Source of the DNA: Squalus acanthias
Lineage: Eukaryota
Reading direction: 5' to 3'
NCBI GenBank assembly: GCA_030390025.1
Contig: CM059433.1
Coordinates: 23,314,001 to 23,378,000, forward strand
DNA: 64,000 nt
Below are positions 49,810 through 62,750 of the stretch, in pieces. The notes under the pieces are model-generated. The model worked only from the letters and a program-made list of their open reading frames with translations, made no database searches and was not told where the DNA came from. Both the position numbers and the translations under genes were made by a program. The stretch's first letter is position 1, and each line of letters begins with the position of its first letter.

Positions 49810-51960
49810 GACAAAGCACTAAAGATGTTGAAAGAAGAGTGATAGGGGAAAAGTAAAGGAACTGTAGTTGTGTTACTTATGGGCATCTATGATATTTATG
49901 GATAGGATGCCTATAATCTTAAGGAAGCAGTATCAGGCAATGGTGCATAAACTTAAGCTAAGGGAGTACAGAGTAGTTGTTTCAAGATCTCTAACAGACA
50001 TCAGTGGCTCCTCTGAGAGCAGCAGAAGAATAATTACTTACAATGATTGGCTACAGGAATGGAGTGAAAAGGAAAATCTTGTTTTAACAGATAACTGAAG
50101 GGAATTTGTGAGGGAGGAAAATTATTTATGTGAGATTAAAATAGGATAGGGATTAAGAGACTTGCATCGCACGTTGAAATTGCAATTGGGAAGTATTTAA
50201 ATTAAAATAAAGGTTAAAATATGTCACCAAAAGTAGAGTACTACTTGTTTAGAGGAAGATAGAGCAGTTGATAACTGATAAAAATTCAGCAAGCTTAAAT
50301 CATTTAAAAGAAGATAATTTAAGAAGAGAGCAAGTAAAGGGCCCTAAAGTTTTAGCACCAGTGCTTGAAGCATTAGGAATAAGATGCTTGAATGAGAGGT
50401 ATAGTAATTCAATGGCACCACACCCATTTTTCAAGCACTAAATGGGTGCCTAAGTCTCCAATATGGTGGGCAGGATAAGCTGCTCATTACGAGCTGGAAG
50501 TGTGCTATGCGCCATATTGGTATCGGCAAAAAAAAGGCGTTAGTTCTTTGCATATACAAAAAAAGGGGCCTAATGCCTGTTTGAGGCCCCCTGTGCAAAA
50601 TTGGGTTGCCATGAGAGCAGCTGGCACTGGGCCAGCTGTGTTCAGGAAAACCAGATCTACATGCGTCCTATTGGCGGCCCTTAAAGGGATGACGGCAGGC
50701 TGCCACCAAAAAGGTATGTTTTTAAAAAATATTTACCTGACTGTGGAGCTGGGAGTTGCAGGACTGCTCCCCCTGGCTCCACATTAAAACCACACGCCAC
50801 TGCTGGTCACCGCTCGCCCCTCATCCCAATCGCCGGTCCAGCCCCTGTCCCGACTCCCACCTCAACTCCCCTCCTGACCACCACCTTGAGCACCGCCGCG
50901 ACCCCCCACCGTGCTGATCGGCACCTTGCTGCCCCCTCCCCCCCCCCACCCCATCCCGTCCTGATTGTCTCCTGTCCCGAGGTCCCGATTGCCTTCCATC
51001 CTGGATCGATCCTCTCCCAGTTCGCCCCCCTTCACGGTCACCCTCCCTTACCCAGTCACCCTCCCTTTCCTGTTAACGCTCCCTTTCCCAGTCACACCGC
51101 CGCCCCCCCCCAATCACATCTTCTTCCCCCTTAACAAACTACCTGAGTGCCAATGCTGGCGATGCAGCAGCCTGAAATTAAAAGCCTCTTCGCCAGCGAG
51201 CTGCCTGGGGACGCAATATCTGGGTGCACCCTGGGCCTCCCCTTCAGGTGCAGGGATCAGTCACTGAGCCCAGCTGGCACCAGCAGGCTAGCCTGAACAT
51301 ATTTCTAGGCCAAATAGTCCAAGTGAGAATTTAGATCCAGTTGGCATTGCAGAAACATGGTTTAATGCTTAGGTGACAAAGGGGATGTTGCACCTACTTG
51401 TACAAGAAAATACAGGCACATTTGAAAGGGAGGATCCAGGTAATCAAGAGGGTTCAATGGAAACAGTTTGCGTTATGCTGGAACTTAAGATGAGTCCCAA
51501 GGTGATCATTGGTATCAGATAAAGGTCTCTGGGATCATGGGCTGAAGAGGACAAGGAGGCTTTCAAGCAAATTAGCAAAGCAACAATTTAATGTATGATC
51601 ATTACTATGTTGGGAATTTCAACTATTCAAGTATAACATAGTCTGAAATGGGACAGCCAAGTGGAAAGGACATAATATAAAGTAATCTACTAAGGAAATC
51701 ATCAATTATTTCTTGATGCAGTTGGTTAGGGAATCTGCCACAGGGAGAACTTATTGGATACAGTGTTTTGCAGTGAGGAGGAGATGAGTTGATATGTGGG
51801 TGAACATTGGGGAAATAGTGTTCATATTACCATTAAACTTAATGAGCTGTAAAACAAGGGATAACTTGATGTTAGATCTGTTTTTAATAAAGAAAAGAAT
51901 CAATGACGTGAATACTTGGAGGAGATGGATTGGGATATCTTTACGATCTTTGTAAAGGTA
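49810..51960 (+). mobile_element. Highly degenerate CR1 ORF1/endonuclease region with a MITE at ~50405-51311
   Basis: Traces of NDWLQEW, GIAETWF, LLDTVF and HWGNS motifs; GC-rich insert ending ATTTCTAGGCC. Confidence 0.5.
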
Positions 51961-53440
51961 ACATCACAGATTATGGATTGATCCCTTTTCACAGTCACTG
52001 CTGCTGCCTGCTAGCTTGCCTGCTTCTCTCTCACTCACTACTGCCATGCTCCATTGCTGGGTCTAATGGACCTCAGCTTGTACTCAATCTCACACTGAAG
52101 CATCTCTCAACCCCATCATCCCCACCCTACCCCAGCGCCTCCAGTACTCATTTTCCTGTCTTAGTGGCCCCAGCTCCATCTTCCAGTGCTTCTAGTCTCT
52201 CCTCAGTGCTACTAAAACATTCTACTGCTTCCAGTCCCAATTCAGTGCTCACAGACCTTTATTCCATCTCCCTGTCCAATAGCTACACGCCCCTATTCCC
52301 CTCACCCCCACGAGTGTTCCTAGACCATGTCAGTGCTTCCAATACCTATCTATTCCTAGCTCCCCCCTCATAGCTGTGCTGTAAATACTAGGTAATATTA
52401 TGTACTACATCAATAGTAATCTTGCTGTGCTTCCAGTCCCCAATCCCTCCTCAGTGCTCCAACAATCCAATTCCCCTCAGTATTTCCAGAATCCATCCCA
52501 CCCAATTCCTACCACAAAAGTTACCTTCCAATCCTCAGGAAACATCCAGATCACAATGAACTATTAAAAATATCAACAAATGCTTCCATATGACTTCCCC
52601 TATTTCCTTAAGCACTCTCGATAAATCAAATCCTGTAGCACTATTGATCTTAAATCAATTAACTTTGGCTAACATCATGACATATGTTACTTCTAATTTT
52701 ACCTAAACATACATCCCAGAAAACTGAGATACCCCATTGTCTTCAGAAGTGCAAATAGTTAGCTGATCAGCCATTTTGTTATCCTTGGTTTTGACCTGCC
52801 AGACCGGTCTTTCAAGGGCCCAATCCAATCCTTGATTGATTCCTGTTACTATTTTCCATGACCCATTTTACCAAAGACATCGTAGCATTCTTTATAGTAT
52901 TTATAGTTACTTTTAAACTGATATTTATATTTTGAATATACTTTACTGAAAATGTGACTGTTTTGTATATTGCAAAGCCACTTTTAAAAGCTTATGGCCC
53001 CAGAAATCCACAGATTGCAATTGTGGTATTTACATGAGGATCATGCCTGCTATTGGCGCTGCTACTTCTGACCCCCTGGCATAGGGGCACTGAGGTGGTG
53101 ATCAGAATGGGGGTGGGGGGGGGAGGTTTGGGGGGCGGTCCCTTAATATTTTCTAAACATGTGTCTACAAATCTTTACTATACCATCATCCTTACTACAT
53201 TACCACATGGTTGTCCTGCGCGTGTGCACTTCTATTCATAAATAAGTTTCTACTTTCCCTAACTGAAGAACAAAATGGAACCGGCAGTATAATTCAGGTT
53301 TGCTGGCTTTGCATCTCTCTCCAAGCATGTATTAATGTCAAACCAGTCCCTGTAAGAAAGAAATAAAGAGCTTGCATTTATATTACACCTTTTCTGTCCT
53401 CAGGATGTCCCAAAGCCCTTCACAGCCAATGACCAGATAA

Positions 53441-53724
53441 TCCTTTTGCCTTGCACCATCATCCCTTTTGTCTCTTAATCTCTCCTGCCTTCCATCCTAT
53501 CACAGACCTTCCCTTTTGTTCTTTCCTCCCCTCCCCACTTTCCCTGCCCCTACACTCGCTTAAAAACCTGTTCCATCTCCAGCTTTTTCCAGTTCTGACG
53601 AAGGGTCATCGACCTGAAACGTTAACTCTGTTTCTCTCTCCACAGATGCTGCCTGACCTGCTGAGTATTTCCAGCATTTTCTGTTTTTATTTCAGATTTC
53701 CAGCATCCACAGCATTTTGCTTTT
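53441..53724 (+). mobile_element. Penelope-like terminal repeat (pLTR) fragment inside a Deu-SINE
   Basis: Same sequence as that adjoining the GIY-YIG fragment; contains a hammerhead motif. Confidence 0.75.
53591..53627 (+). ncRNA. Minimal type I hammerhead ribozyme motif
   Basis: AGTT-CTGACGA-A-GGGTC-ATC-GACCT-GAAA-CGTT-AACT: core boxes, helix I AGTT/AACT, helix II, palindromic ACGT helix III. Confidence 0.7.
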
Positions 53725-55297
53725 GAATCCGTTTTAGTGATGGCCAGGTCACTGGGAGAACTCTGCTGCTTTAATCTGAATAGTACCGTAGGAACATTTC
53801 CATCCACCCAAGAGGGGTCTTGGTTTAAGGTCTCGTCTAATAAATGTCACTTTCGCCAGTGCAACATTCCCTCAATACTGCACTGAAGTATCAGCCTAGA
53901 TTAGATGTTCAAACTTGGATTATGTGCTTAAGTCTCTGGAGTGGGACTTGAACCCATAAACTTCTGTAGTATATATTTGCTCATAATCTTGCCTACGATG
54001 GCTTCAATTTGGCTAGCTTTAATTCAGCAGAACCACAGAGAAGTTTCTTCCTCGTACACTTTGGTTTCCTTCAGAAGTAATTTTAAACACTGCTACTTAT
54101 TTTATCTGGAATCAAATATTTCTAGAATTCAAATGAAGCATACATTCTTATTGCTTCTCCAGTAAGCAGACAAGTGATTATGATGAATAGTTGCCTTTGT
54201 TTTAAATATTACACAAAAAATCTAATTATTCGTGCTGGCAGATTTACCTCCCATTTTATAAATGTGAGAAAAATATTGTTCTGCCTGTGGTGTAGCAATG
54301 TCAGCTGCCCAGTTTCAATAAATCATACAATAACACAATTGCAAGTCTCAAAAACAGGTGTTCGAAGGAGAGATAAGTAAAATAAATTGGCTATGCTTGT
54401 CAAACACCAAATACTGTACAAGAAAGATTTAAGAATATTTGTTAATGCTATTTAAAAACTGCCAATCTACGAACAACTGAAGATATAATTATAGTTCTCG
54501 TGACATGTTTGAGAAAGAAACCAAGAGATGCCGCGATTACACTCGACTTATTGTGGAATTTTCGTAACTCTTATGTCTCTCTTCAAATACAGAAACAAAT
54601 GTCGCTTATGTACTTGAAAATCTGTAGCGATTAAAGTAAAAGTGCAAGTGATGGAATAGCCCCTATAACCAGAAAAATATTGTCCCAATGCAAATCCAAG
54701 AAGCGTGAGGAGAAAATCGATGCCATGCCAAAGAAGGGGATATTAGGAGGGGTGACCAGAAATTTTTAACTTCTTGCTGACTGCAAAAATAATCCTATTC
54801 TCTTCTGAAAATATCGCTGGAAATAATACTTATAGTCAAATTCTTTGAAAAGTGTGTTTTATTACATTTTTAAAATACTTTTTAGATGTGAATTTATTCA
54901 TAATTTTACCACTGTCAAGTAATTATTTTTATAGTCAGCTCATGAAAAAAATATCTCAATGTAAACTTCATTCAATGTTCTTGTTCTCTGAAAGGGAATA
55001 GTAAAGTGCTTTAAATCTAGTAAGCTATGAATTTGAATCCAAATATTACCTAGCACTAAAATTTACTTTCCCTATTTGAATCAGATTTGAGTTCTCAAGC
55101 AAGGTATGATTGCAATACAATCTCTTTGGGTGGGGGCAGTTACAGTGTCAGAACAAACTTCCTTCCTACAAATTCACCTTTTGTTGGCTAATCAAGGAGC
55201 AACCAATTCACAACAGAGATGAAAGAAAATTCCTGGTAATCAGCATGAGGAGGTGCAGAAATATCTACATCCACTTCTGTATCTATCTGAAAACAAT

Positions 55298-55466
55298 GGC
55301 CTTGAATTTCTGTGAGGGTTGTCCCAATCTCCTGCAGTAACTTCAGCAGGAGATCAGAGAACTCCAGGGAAATGACTGAAAACGAGGTTAACGCTGTTTC
55401 TCCAAAGGTTCCACTGAGCTCCCGCTGAAGTTAGAACAGGACAACCCCCAAGGAAATTCATGGGCC
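55298..55466. mobile_element. Short palindromic MITE (related element at ~13357-13519)
   Basis: GGCCTTGAATTTC...GAAATTCATGGGCC with internal inverted symmetry. Confidence 0.55.
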
Positions 55467-56021
55467 TTGTGCATTGCGTGTGCGACTCACCAAGTGTGAC
55501 ACTTTGGTATAACACCTTGAGGGTCACACCTTTTTAGATGCAAATTCTTCTTCTTTCAGAATTCTCCACACACAGCAAGATCTGTCTCTTGTCCATTTGG
55601 TTCTTGGTAGTCAAGTGCTCAACATTGTTTATGGTGATGTCATAATCCTGCTTTGAAATTTCTACTTTCTATAAAAGACAAACAGGGTGCCTGATCTTCA
55701 GTTCATTGTAACCTACAGCTAACAGTCTCTTGACTTTCAGCTGGATATGCCTATTTGAGCCCATAGGGAGGCTGAGAGGAAGAGTGGTGTGTGGAGAACG
55801 CAAAACCAAAGTACACTGTCAACCAGCTGATCTACTGCAACTATAGTCGACAAGCACAGGAAGAGAGCTGAACATCGAATCAGCTCAAGAGAAAACCAGC
55901 AAATGGGAAGGACTCGGCTAGGAACGCCTCAGAATGGATCTTTAAATTTTGCATTCTAAAAGCTTACATGAGCTGCATTTCTTTATTTATACTCAACATT
56001 TTTTTTAACAAAAGTGATATA

Positions 56022-56176
56022 TAAACAGAAAATGCTGGAAATACTCAGCAGGTCAGGCAGCATCTGTGGAGACAGAAACGGAGTTAACGTTTTAGGTCGA
56101 TGACCTTTCATCAGAACAGTTCCAGCATTTTCTGTTTTTATTTCAGATTTCCAGCATCTGCAGTATTTTGCTTTTG
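56022..56176. mobile_element. Penelope pLTR fragment with 5' inversion and a mutated hammerhead (56082-56118, -)
   Basis: An inverted pLTR piece is joined to a direct pLTR tail; motif CTGATGA...GACCT-AAAACGTT. Confidence 0.7.
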
Positions 56177-56454
56177 TATTAGTGATTAACATTGGTAAGT
56201 TCTGGAAGGACAGTATTCAAGTTTAAAAGGAAGTTCTTAACTATTATGGTGGCTGTATCTTGGGAGAATGTTTTTGGTGTCATTATGTGTGTAGAACCTT
56301 TTTGGTAATATGTGATTGAGTGTCTCTGCTAGCATTAATCGATTACCCAGCTTAGAGCTTCCAAGTCTAGTAGAAGGCTAATCTGTCCACAAGCCATAAT
56401 GGAATCAATGAACTAACTCATAATATTCATAACAGTGATACTGATACTGGAACA

Positions 56455-57150
56455 GTAGCATAGTGGTAATGTTACTAGACTAGTTAAACCTGGACTAATA
56501 ATCAGCGAGACAAGAGTTCAAATCCCACCGTGGCAGCTGGGGAATTTAAATTTAGTTAAATAAATCTGGAATAAAAAGCTAGTATCAGTAATGGTGACCA
56601 TGAAACATAGAAACATAGAAGATAGGAGCAGGAGTAGGCCATTCGGCCCCTCGAGCCTGCTCCGCCATTTGATGAGATCATGGCTGATCATCCAAACTCA
56701 GTACCCTGTCCCTGCCTTCTCCCCATATCCCTTGATACCTTTAGCTTTAAGAAATATATCTAACTCATTCTTGAATATATTTAATGACTTGGCCTCAACT
56801 ACCTTCTGTGGTAGAGAATTCCACAGGTTCACCACTCTCTGGGTGAAGAAATTCTTCCTCATTTCTGTCCTAAATGGCTTACCCCTTATCCTTAGAAACT
56901 ACCAGACTGTCGTAAAAACCCATCTGGTTTACCAAAGCCCTTTAGGGAAGGAAATCTGTCGTCCTTACCCGGTCTGGCCTATATGTGACTCCAGACCCAC
57001 AGCGATGTGGTTGACTCTTAACTGCCCTCTGAAATGGCCGAGCAAGTCACTCAGTTGTCATGACCACCACCTCCTCAAGGGCCATTTGGGATGGGCAATA
57101 AATGCTGGGTTTCCCAGTGGCGCCCACATCCGTGATGAATTTTTAAAAAA
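56455..57150 (+). mobile_element. tRNA-derived SINE (probably Meta-domain type) interrupted by a CR1 3' end (~56603-56893, -)
   Basis: A/B boxes TAGCATAGTGG and GAGTTCAAATCC; core aaaacccatctggtt...tttagggaaggaaatctg; tail shared with the LINE at 27527. Confidence 0.7.
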
Positions 57151-57268
57151 CTGAATGGGCTTGTCTAAGCTGCCTTTAGGTGGTGCAAACTCTAGCATAT
57201 AGCAAAGGTGCAATTTGATTCTCTGATGTAACCACCTCACTCATTGACTAGCAATGCCAGAAGACTAG

Positions 57269-57412
57269 GGAGGTATTTTTCACCATCACCACTTGGGTGT
57301 TTAACTAGTGGAGTGAATCGGCCAGTGTACAACTCACCTGATTTTAATACCTATTGATTGCAATCCGCTCCACAAGTTTACCAGCCAAGTGGTGAAGGTA
57401 AAAGTGACCTCC
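57269..57412. mobile_element. Short palindromic MITE-like element
   Basis: GGAGGT..TTTTCACCATCACCACTTGG ... CCAAGTGGTGAAGGTAAAA..ACCTCC inverted symmetry. Confidence 0.5.
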
Positions 57413-58639
57413 TGTGAGTGCGATTTGAGATTTAGAATGATACTCTCCATCTCTTTGAAGCTGTGTGTTGGATTTGAATTCCTTCATGCCGTCATCCTTT
57501 CTCTAATGCAGTTCTATCCCTACCGATTTAGCCAGATGTTTAGTGTTCAATATGTAAATTGACCTGAACTCCCTGCATAACAGCACTTTAAATTAATTCA
57601 TTTCAGGTCTTTTTAGATGTTTCTGAGAGATTTGATAATGTATTAAATCAATGCAACTGACTTTTCTAAATACCAATTTGAAAACACATGGTGGTTGGAG
57701 GGGGAGGGCAGGTAGATTTTGACTTTGCACGATAGTGTAAAACGGGTGATAACAAATCAACAGCCTGTTTTACATCTCTCTCAATTTTTATTTCATTACC
57801 TTCCCCCAAGACCTTTATTTTGGCTGTAGTGGTGGGGGGAGGCGGTTCTGAAGTAAGGATGCCTTCATTGTGGGGGGGTGCGGGGGTTGCGGTTAGCAAG
57901 GTTTTCCCCTATTCTAGGACCCAATTTCTGACATATGCAGGGTGGGAGGGTTACCTTCCTTTCCTGGCCAGGTCATGATTTCAGTGATGGAATGTAATGA
58001 CCCATTCATCATTTTATATAGATCATAGATGGATAAAAATATTCTGACATTCTGTCAAAGGGAATTCTGTAAGATGTAATACCTCAGTGGCGACTGTTCT
58101 GATTGTTTTCTTCTAAAATTGTATTTCATGCAATGAAGTGTTTCAATTATTACACTGATTTAGCTGAAAGAGATCAGGTTGTAGACCTCCTTACAAACTG
58201 ATTTTTTTGAACGGTCTTATTAGGTAAAGAAAGAACTTTCATTTATATCGCACCATTCATGACTTCAGGACGTCCCAAATTGCTTCACAGCCAATGCGGC
58301 ACTTTTGACATGTAGTCACTGTTGTAACATAGGAAACGTGGCACAAGGTCCCACAAACAGCAATGTGATAATGACCAGATACACACACTCTTAAAGGGAA
58401 CCATAGTAAGTTGCCGATAATATCACAATCTATTCCCACGACTAGTCCTTTTTATTCAACTTAACTAGGTACTTTGTCTAGTATGGAAAAGTGAATGTTC
58501 ATCTAGTTTAAAAGTGTTCATGCTGCAGTGTCTTTGAAACTTTATGAAATGCTCTGTGGCAGTCACGGTGACAGATCATAGTGAAAATGTTATCACGTGG
58601 TGTGCCAGCTGTGCATGACTAGAGGTTTTCACTGCTAGA

Positions 58640-58838
58640 ATTTCCGCTCTAAACCTAACCGCCCCTCCACCTCCCTCTCCTCCTTAAAAGCCACCTCTTT
58701 GTCCAAGCTTTTGTTCACCACCACTAATATTCCCTTCTTTGGCTCGGCATCGCTTCTTGGCAGATTCACCCCTGCAAAGAGACCGCTGAGATTTTTCTCT
58801 GTTAAAGGTGCAATAATAAATGCAAGTTGCTGTTGTTG
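58640..58838 (+). mobile_element. L2 3' end fragment
   Basis: L2 3' UTR and aaatgcaagttgctgttgttg tail. Confidence 0.65.
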
Positions 58839-59352
58839 AGTGCGAGCCAGGAGGTGCAAAATAGTTTCCTGTACGATTCTACCCAACGTGCTCTATGATT
58901 CTGAGCTCACCATTTCAATGGTTATTTTTCTCTATCTGGTTTCAGGGCTAAGACTGGATACCTCTTGGCTGCCCAATCTTCATGGGACTGTAGCCGGCCA
59001 AGCTGCCTTTTTTATGCCTGTATTGGGTGGGCAAAATGTTAATGAGCCCTGGATGTTGAAATCAACCGGGACTCCCACAGCAACTCCCAGGCAGGAAGTC
59101 TAACACCTCTTCCCTGCTTTCTGCCCAGGAGTTATAATCCCCACTTTGATATCCAGTTCACCTCACAAGGGGATCCTATCGTTACGCCCTGGGTCACTCT
59201 CTCCAGAGTTAGATATTGGGCAGTACAGACACACCCCTAAATGTAAAACACTCAAATTGTTTATGGGAGTGACCATCACTGACATACCTGGGAAAATATC
59301 TACAGCAGATGTCTGTCAGTGGAATATCGCAGGAGGTTAACCTTAAGCACCA

Positions 59353-61004
59353 TGTAGAATTCGCAAAATTATCGCGATTTTATAAAATAAGAAGGAGACA
59401 TAAAGTTTCGTACAAACAGCTTTATTTCAGCAGAATGCTGTCAGGTTTCAAAGCGGACACAAACAGCCTGTAAAATGGCCGCCACGCCTCATGGCAGAAC
59501 GTTCTAGACTTTCAATGGGCAGACAAGATGGCGTTCCAATAAACATTTGTGCAAGATCGTACAGGACTCAGCACATTTGAGATAATTGACAAGACATGAT
59601 GGGTTTGCATTTTATACATAAATACTGGAATCGGTCTCCCAGGTGCGAATAAGGGCTATTGTACCGAGCGATCAAGAACCCATCCAAAGACATTAATATG
59701 CAAAATCCCCACGACTCTACGATGAGAGAGCCGTTTGCGGGTAGTTACAGAAAGCATTTGGAAGCCCCAAAACCCCTCCAGGGAGACTACTAGCCAGTTC
59801 CACAATGGGAGAAGTATTAACGGGTACTCAGACAGTTACAAGTATCACCGAAACCCATTAAAAACGGAGATCACCCTATACAAGAAGTTTGAGCGCCAAA
59901 ACCCTGACAAAAGATAGACATTAAGATTGGGCAGGAAAAGGAGGAATTACAGCACTATAACTGTAAGGTACAACCGTCCATCTTTCTCTCTTCGCTTGCT
60001 ACTCTTGCTGCTGACTGCTGTCTGTGCTTCTTTTTGCACTTGCTGCTTTGACTCGCTGGAAGACTGTTGAACTTTTATTCTCTTGCCTGACGGCTCTGGA
60101 CTCTGATCCGCTAGGATCAACCTCGTGGCTTGCCGCGAAGATCTGTGTAGAACTGGGCTGTGAGGCCTTGAAACGGGCACACCATCCCGAGAAGTCGGTA
60201 AACGGTGTTGGAACCGAAGTCCCGAGAGGAGATGAGATGAGATGAGATGAGATGAGAAGAGAAGAAGACGACAATACGTATCGCCACGGTCAGTAAGCCC
60301 CGACCGCGCCTGTAAGTCGAATAAACACTTCCTTGCCCAGGAAGACTTTTCTTTGAATTTTACAAACTGGTGAGGGCACAGGAAGACTCTTCTTCGAGTA
60401 GTATCGGAACTCCGAGGACAACACAGATCTTCATGACAGCAGACGGTCCAGCCTGCTAGCCGGAGCAGAAACGAGTAAACAAGTGGGGTACAGAGACCCC
60501 TGATCAACACGTGGATAGTCAGGTGCTGCGGTAAAAACATCCGAGCAGAGTTTCGGAATTCTCCGAGTGGTGAGCATGAGTCTTGATCCTACAAATCTAG
60601 ATTAGGACAGGTATTGATAGGGGAGGGTTTAAGTTTTAAGGATAAGTATAATGTGTGTCCCTTTTTACGATGTGTCATGCGCTCCTCGTTTCCCTAAAAT
60701 TAGTTACATAACTGTGTGTAAGATTGTACTGTCATTAATCTGTGCTTATGACATATATCTCGTAATCTTGAATAATATGCAATAAAGATTTTCCATTTCG
60801 CACTATTCAACCGGGTCTACCTGAGTTTTTCTCTGCATTATTGCTCTCGCACCTAAGTCCAGTGTCAGAACCGTAAGGGCGAGTGGGTTGAACCACTCAC
60901 AGGTGTCTAGTGTTACCAGGCTGGCTGGAGACCAGAACAGGCAACAAGGCCTAACCTCGCACTAGCACCCAGGCTAAGCACAGAGCCGCAGGTCACCCCT
61001 TACA
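59353..61004 (+). mobile_element. 1.65-kb solo LTR
   Basis: Termini TGTA...TACA with an ACCA TSD (59349-52 / 61005-08). AATAAA at 60781, internal (GAGAT)n, CpG-rich. Confidence 0.8.
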
Positions 61005-61507
61005 ACCATCATCGTGAGCAGCGCTCTGTTGGATTAACTCAGATTCATATTTATACCAATTAGGTATAATAATTGCCTTTTGGAGAAAGAAATATAGAAC
61101 AAACCTTGAATTGGTTATTTGTGTGCAGCAAGGTAATAATGAGATTAATTGTCACCCTTAATACACTCCTCCATTTCATTCCTTAAACAGATTAAATGTT
61201 ACATGCACAATCCTTGACTTGAGAGTGACATTTACTGTTCATTTTAACAAGCCTGCAAGATAACAGAATGAGTATAACTATAAATACAACGATTTTTTAA
61301 TTTAGTATCAATTTCATCTTTTAAGTTGGTTGCAATTTTTTACTTTTATATATATTAAAGTAAGCATGCTTCATTAAAAATCAATCTCAGTAACCATTTT
61401 GCAGGCATACTCCAAGCAAAACTGAAGATAATTTATGTTAGCCTGAAGTAACAGGAGAATTAAAAAAAATAGACCTCATTTTGTTTCCATTTTTCATTTC
61501 TCAGAAC

Positions 61508-61847
61508 TCAACTAGTCCAGTAAGTATACCTGCGTAGAAACAAGACACCACTTCCTCGAGCAGTGAGCAATCTTACTTGATTATTATTCATTGTCTAAAC
61601 ATCATCCCACCTAACAAAACTCATTGAGTGGTACCATGGATATCCTTCCTGACTGCCTTTCATTTGCTGAAATTTGACAGCATTTTGTGTTAAGTGAGGA
61701 ATGATCACATATTTATATAGCAGATTGGCATACCGCTGACTGAAAGATCGCAGGGTTTTCTTCAATTCAAATGGGAATTTCTTAAGAGCAAACATTACTT
61801 TGAAGAGAAGAGGAAACTGGGGACAGTAATGTGTTCTTTTATTCTGT
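61508..61847 (-). CDS. Candidate last two coding exons (61847-61611 and 61529-61508) of an unidentified host gene
   Basis: ctttcag acceptor, 237-nt open phase-2/2 exon, AG|GTGGGA donor, 81-nt intron ending tgtcttgtttctacgcag, then in-frame (R)YTYWTS-stop. Confidence 0.55.
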
Positions 61848-62529
61848 CTGAAAGCATATATATATATCCTGACAAGTTAAGAGTGTGATTTTAAATTGAT
61901 TTCAAAGATACCAGGAAAAATAAGGTCACATCTCTCAACGCATCTTAGTAATGGTGCTGCCGTGGGCAGCTTTAGGACAGCAGTGCTATTTAACAGCCGT
62001 CACTACATAAGTTAATGTAAGACATAAATTTAGATGATTGTTCTTGTTAAGACTAGGTTAACAGAAAAATAAATCTGTAAAGGTAACAGCAGCAGGGACA
62101 AAACATATCTCAGTAAAGAATGCCGTAGCTTTTACCACTTTAGCAGCATAAAACACTAATAAAACTACTTCAGCTTGACGTCAGTGAGAAAAATGTCGAT
62201 TGGACTAAAGTTGATATTCGAATAACTTTCTGCATTTCTGCCAATGAAGGCATAACGTTTGAGACTGGAAATCAACGTTGTTTCTACCAGTAGTGAATTT
62301 CACAGTGGTTTGAATAAATAAAAATTATACTGCTGCTCGCCAATCAAATGGAGAAACATAAGAGATAATATGACAGGTGGCAAACTGAAGTATTCCGCAG
62401 TCTGACTAAGAAGCCAACCTGCATAATTGACAACCAACTTGCATACTTCAGTGCACATACGCAATGCCTCTAAACCCGAGTGAAACCAGTCAGCACACTA
62501 TCAGTACCCCTCTGGTCCCATTGTTTATG

Positions 62530-62750
62530 AAAGAAAGAAAGACTTGCATTTCTATAGCGCCTTTCACGACCACCGGATGTCCCAAGGTGCTTTACAGCCA
62601 ATGAAGTACTTTTTGAAGTGTAGTCACTGTTGTAATGTAGGAAATGCGGCAGCCAATTTGCACACAGCGAGGTCCCACAAACAGCAATGTGATACTGACC
62701 AGATAATCTGTTTTGGTGATGTTATTCGAGGAATAAATATTGGCCAGATA
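62530..62750 (-). mobile_element. Deu-SINE (SacSINE1-like) 3' fragment; similar pieces at ~29925-30077, 53355-53960 and 58226-58380
   Basis: Reverse complement of the 3' half of the 13893 SINE. Confidence 0.75.

Noticed and set aside
59947..60540. 197-aa ORF as a gene
   Set aside because: Antisense within a solo LTR, runs through a (GAGAT)n repeat, and has no recognisable domain.
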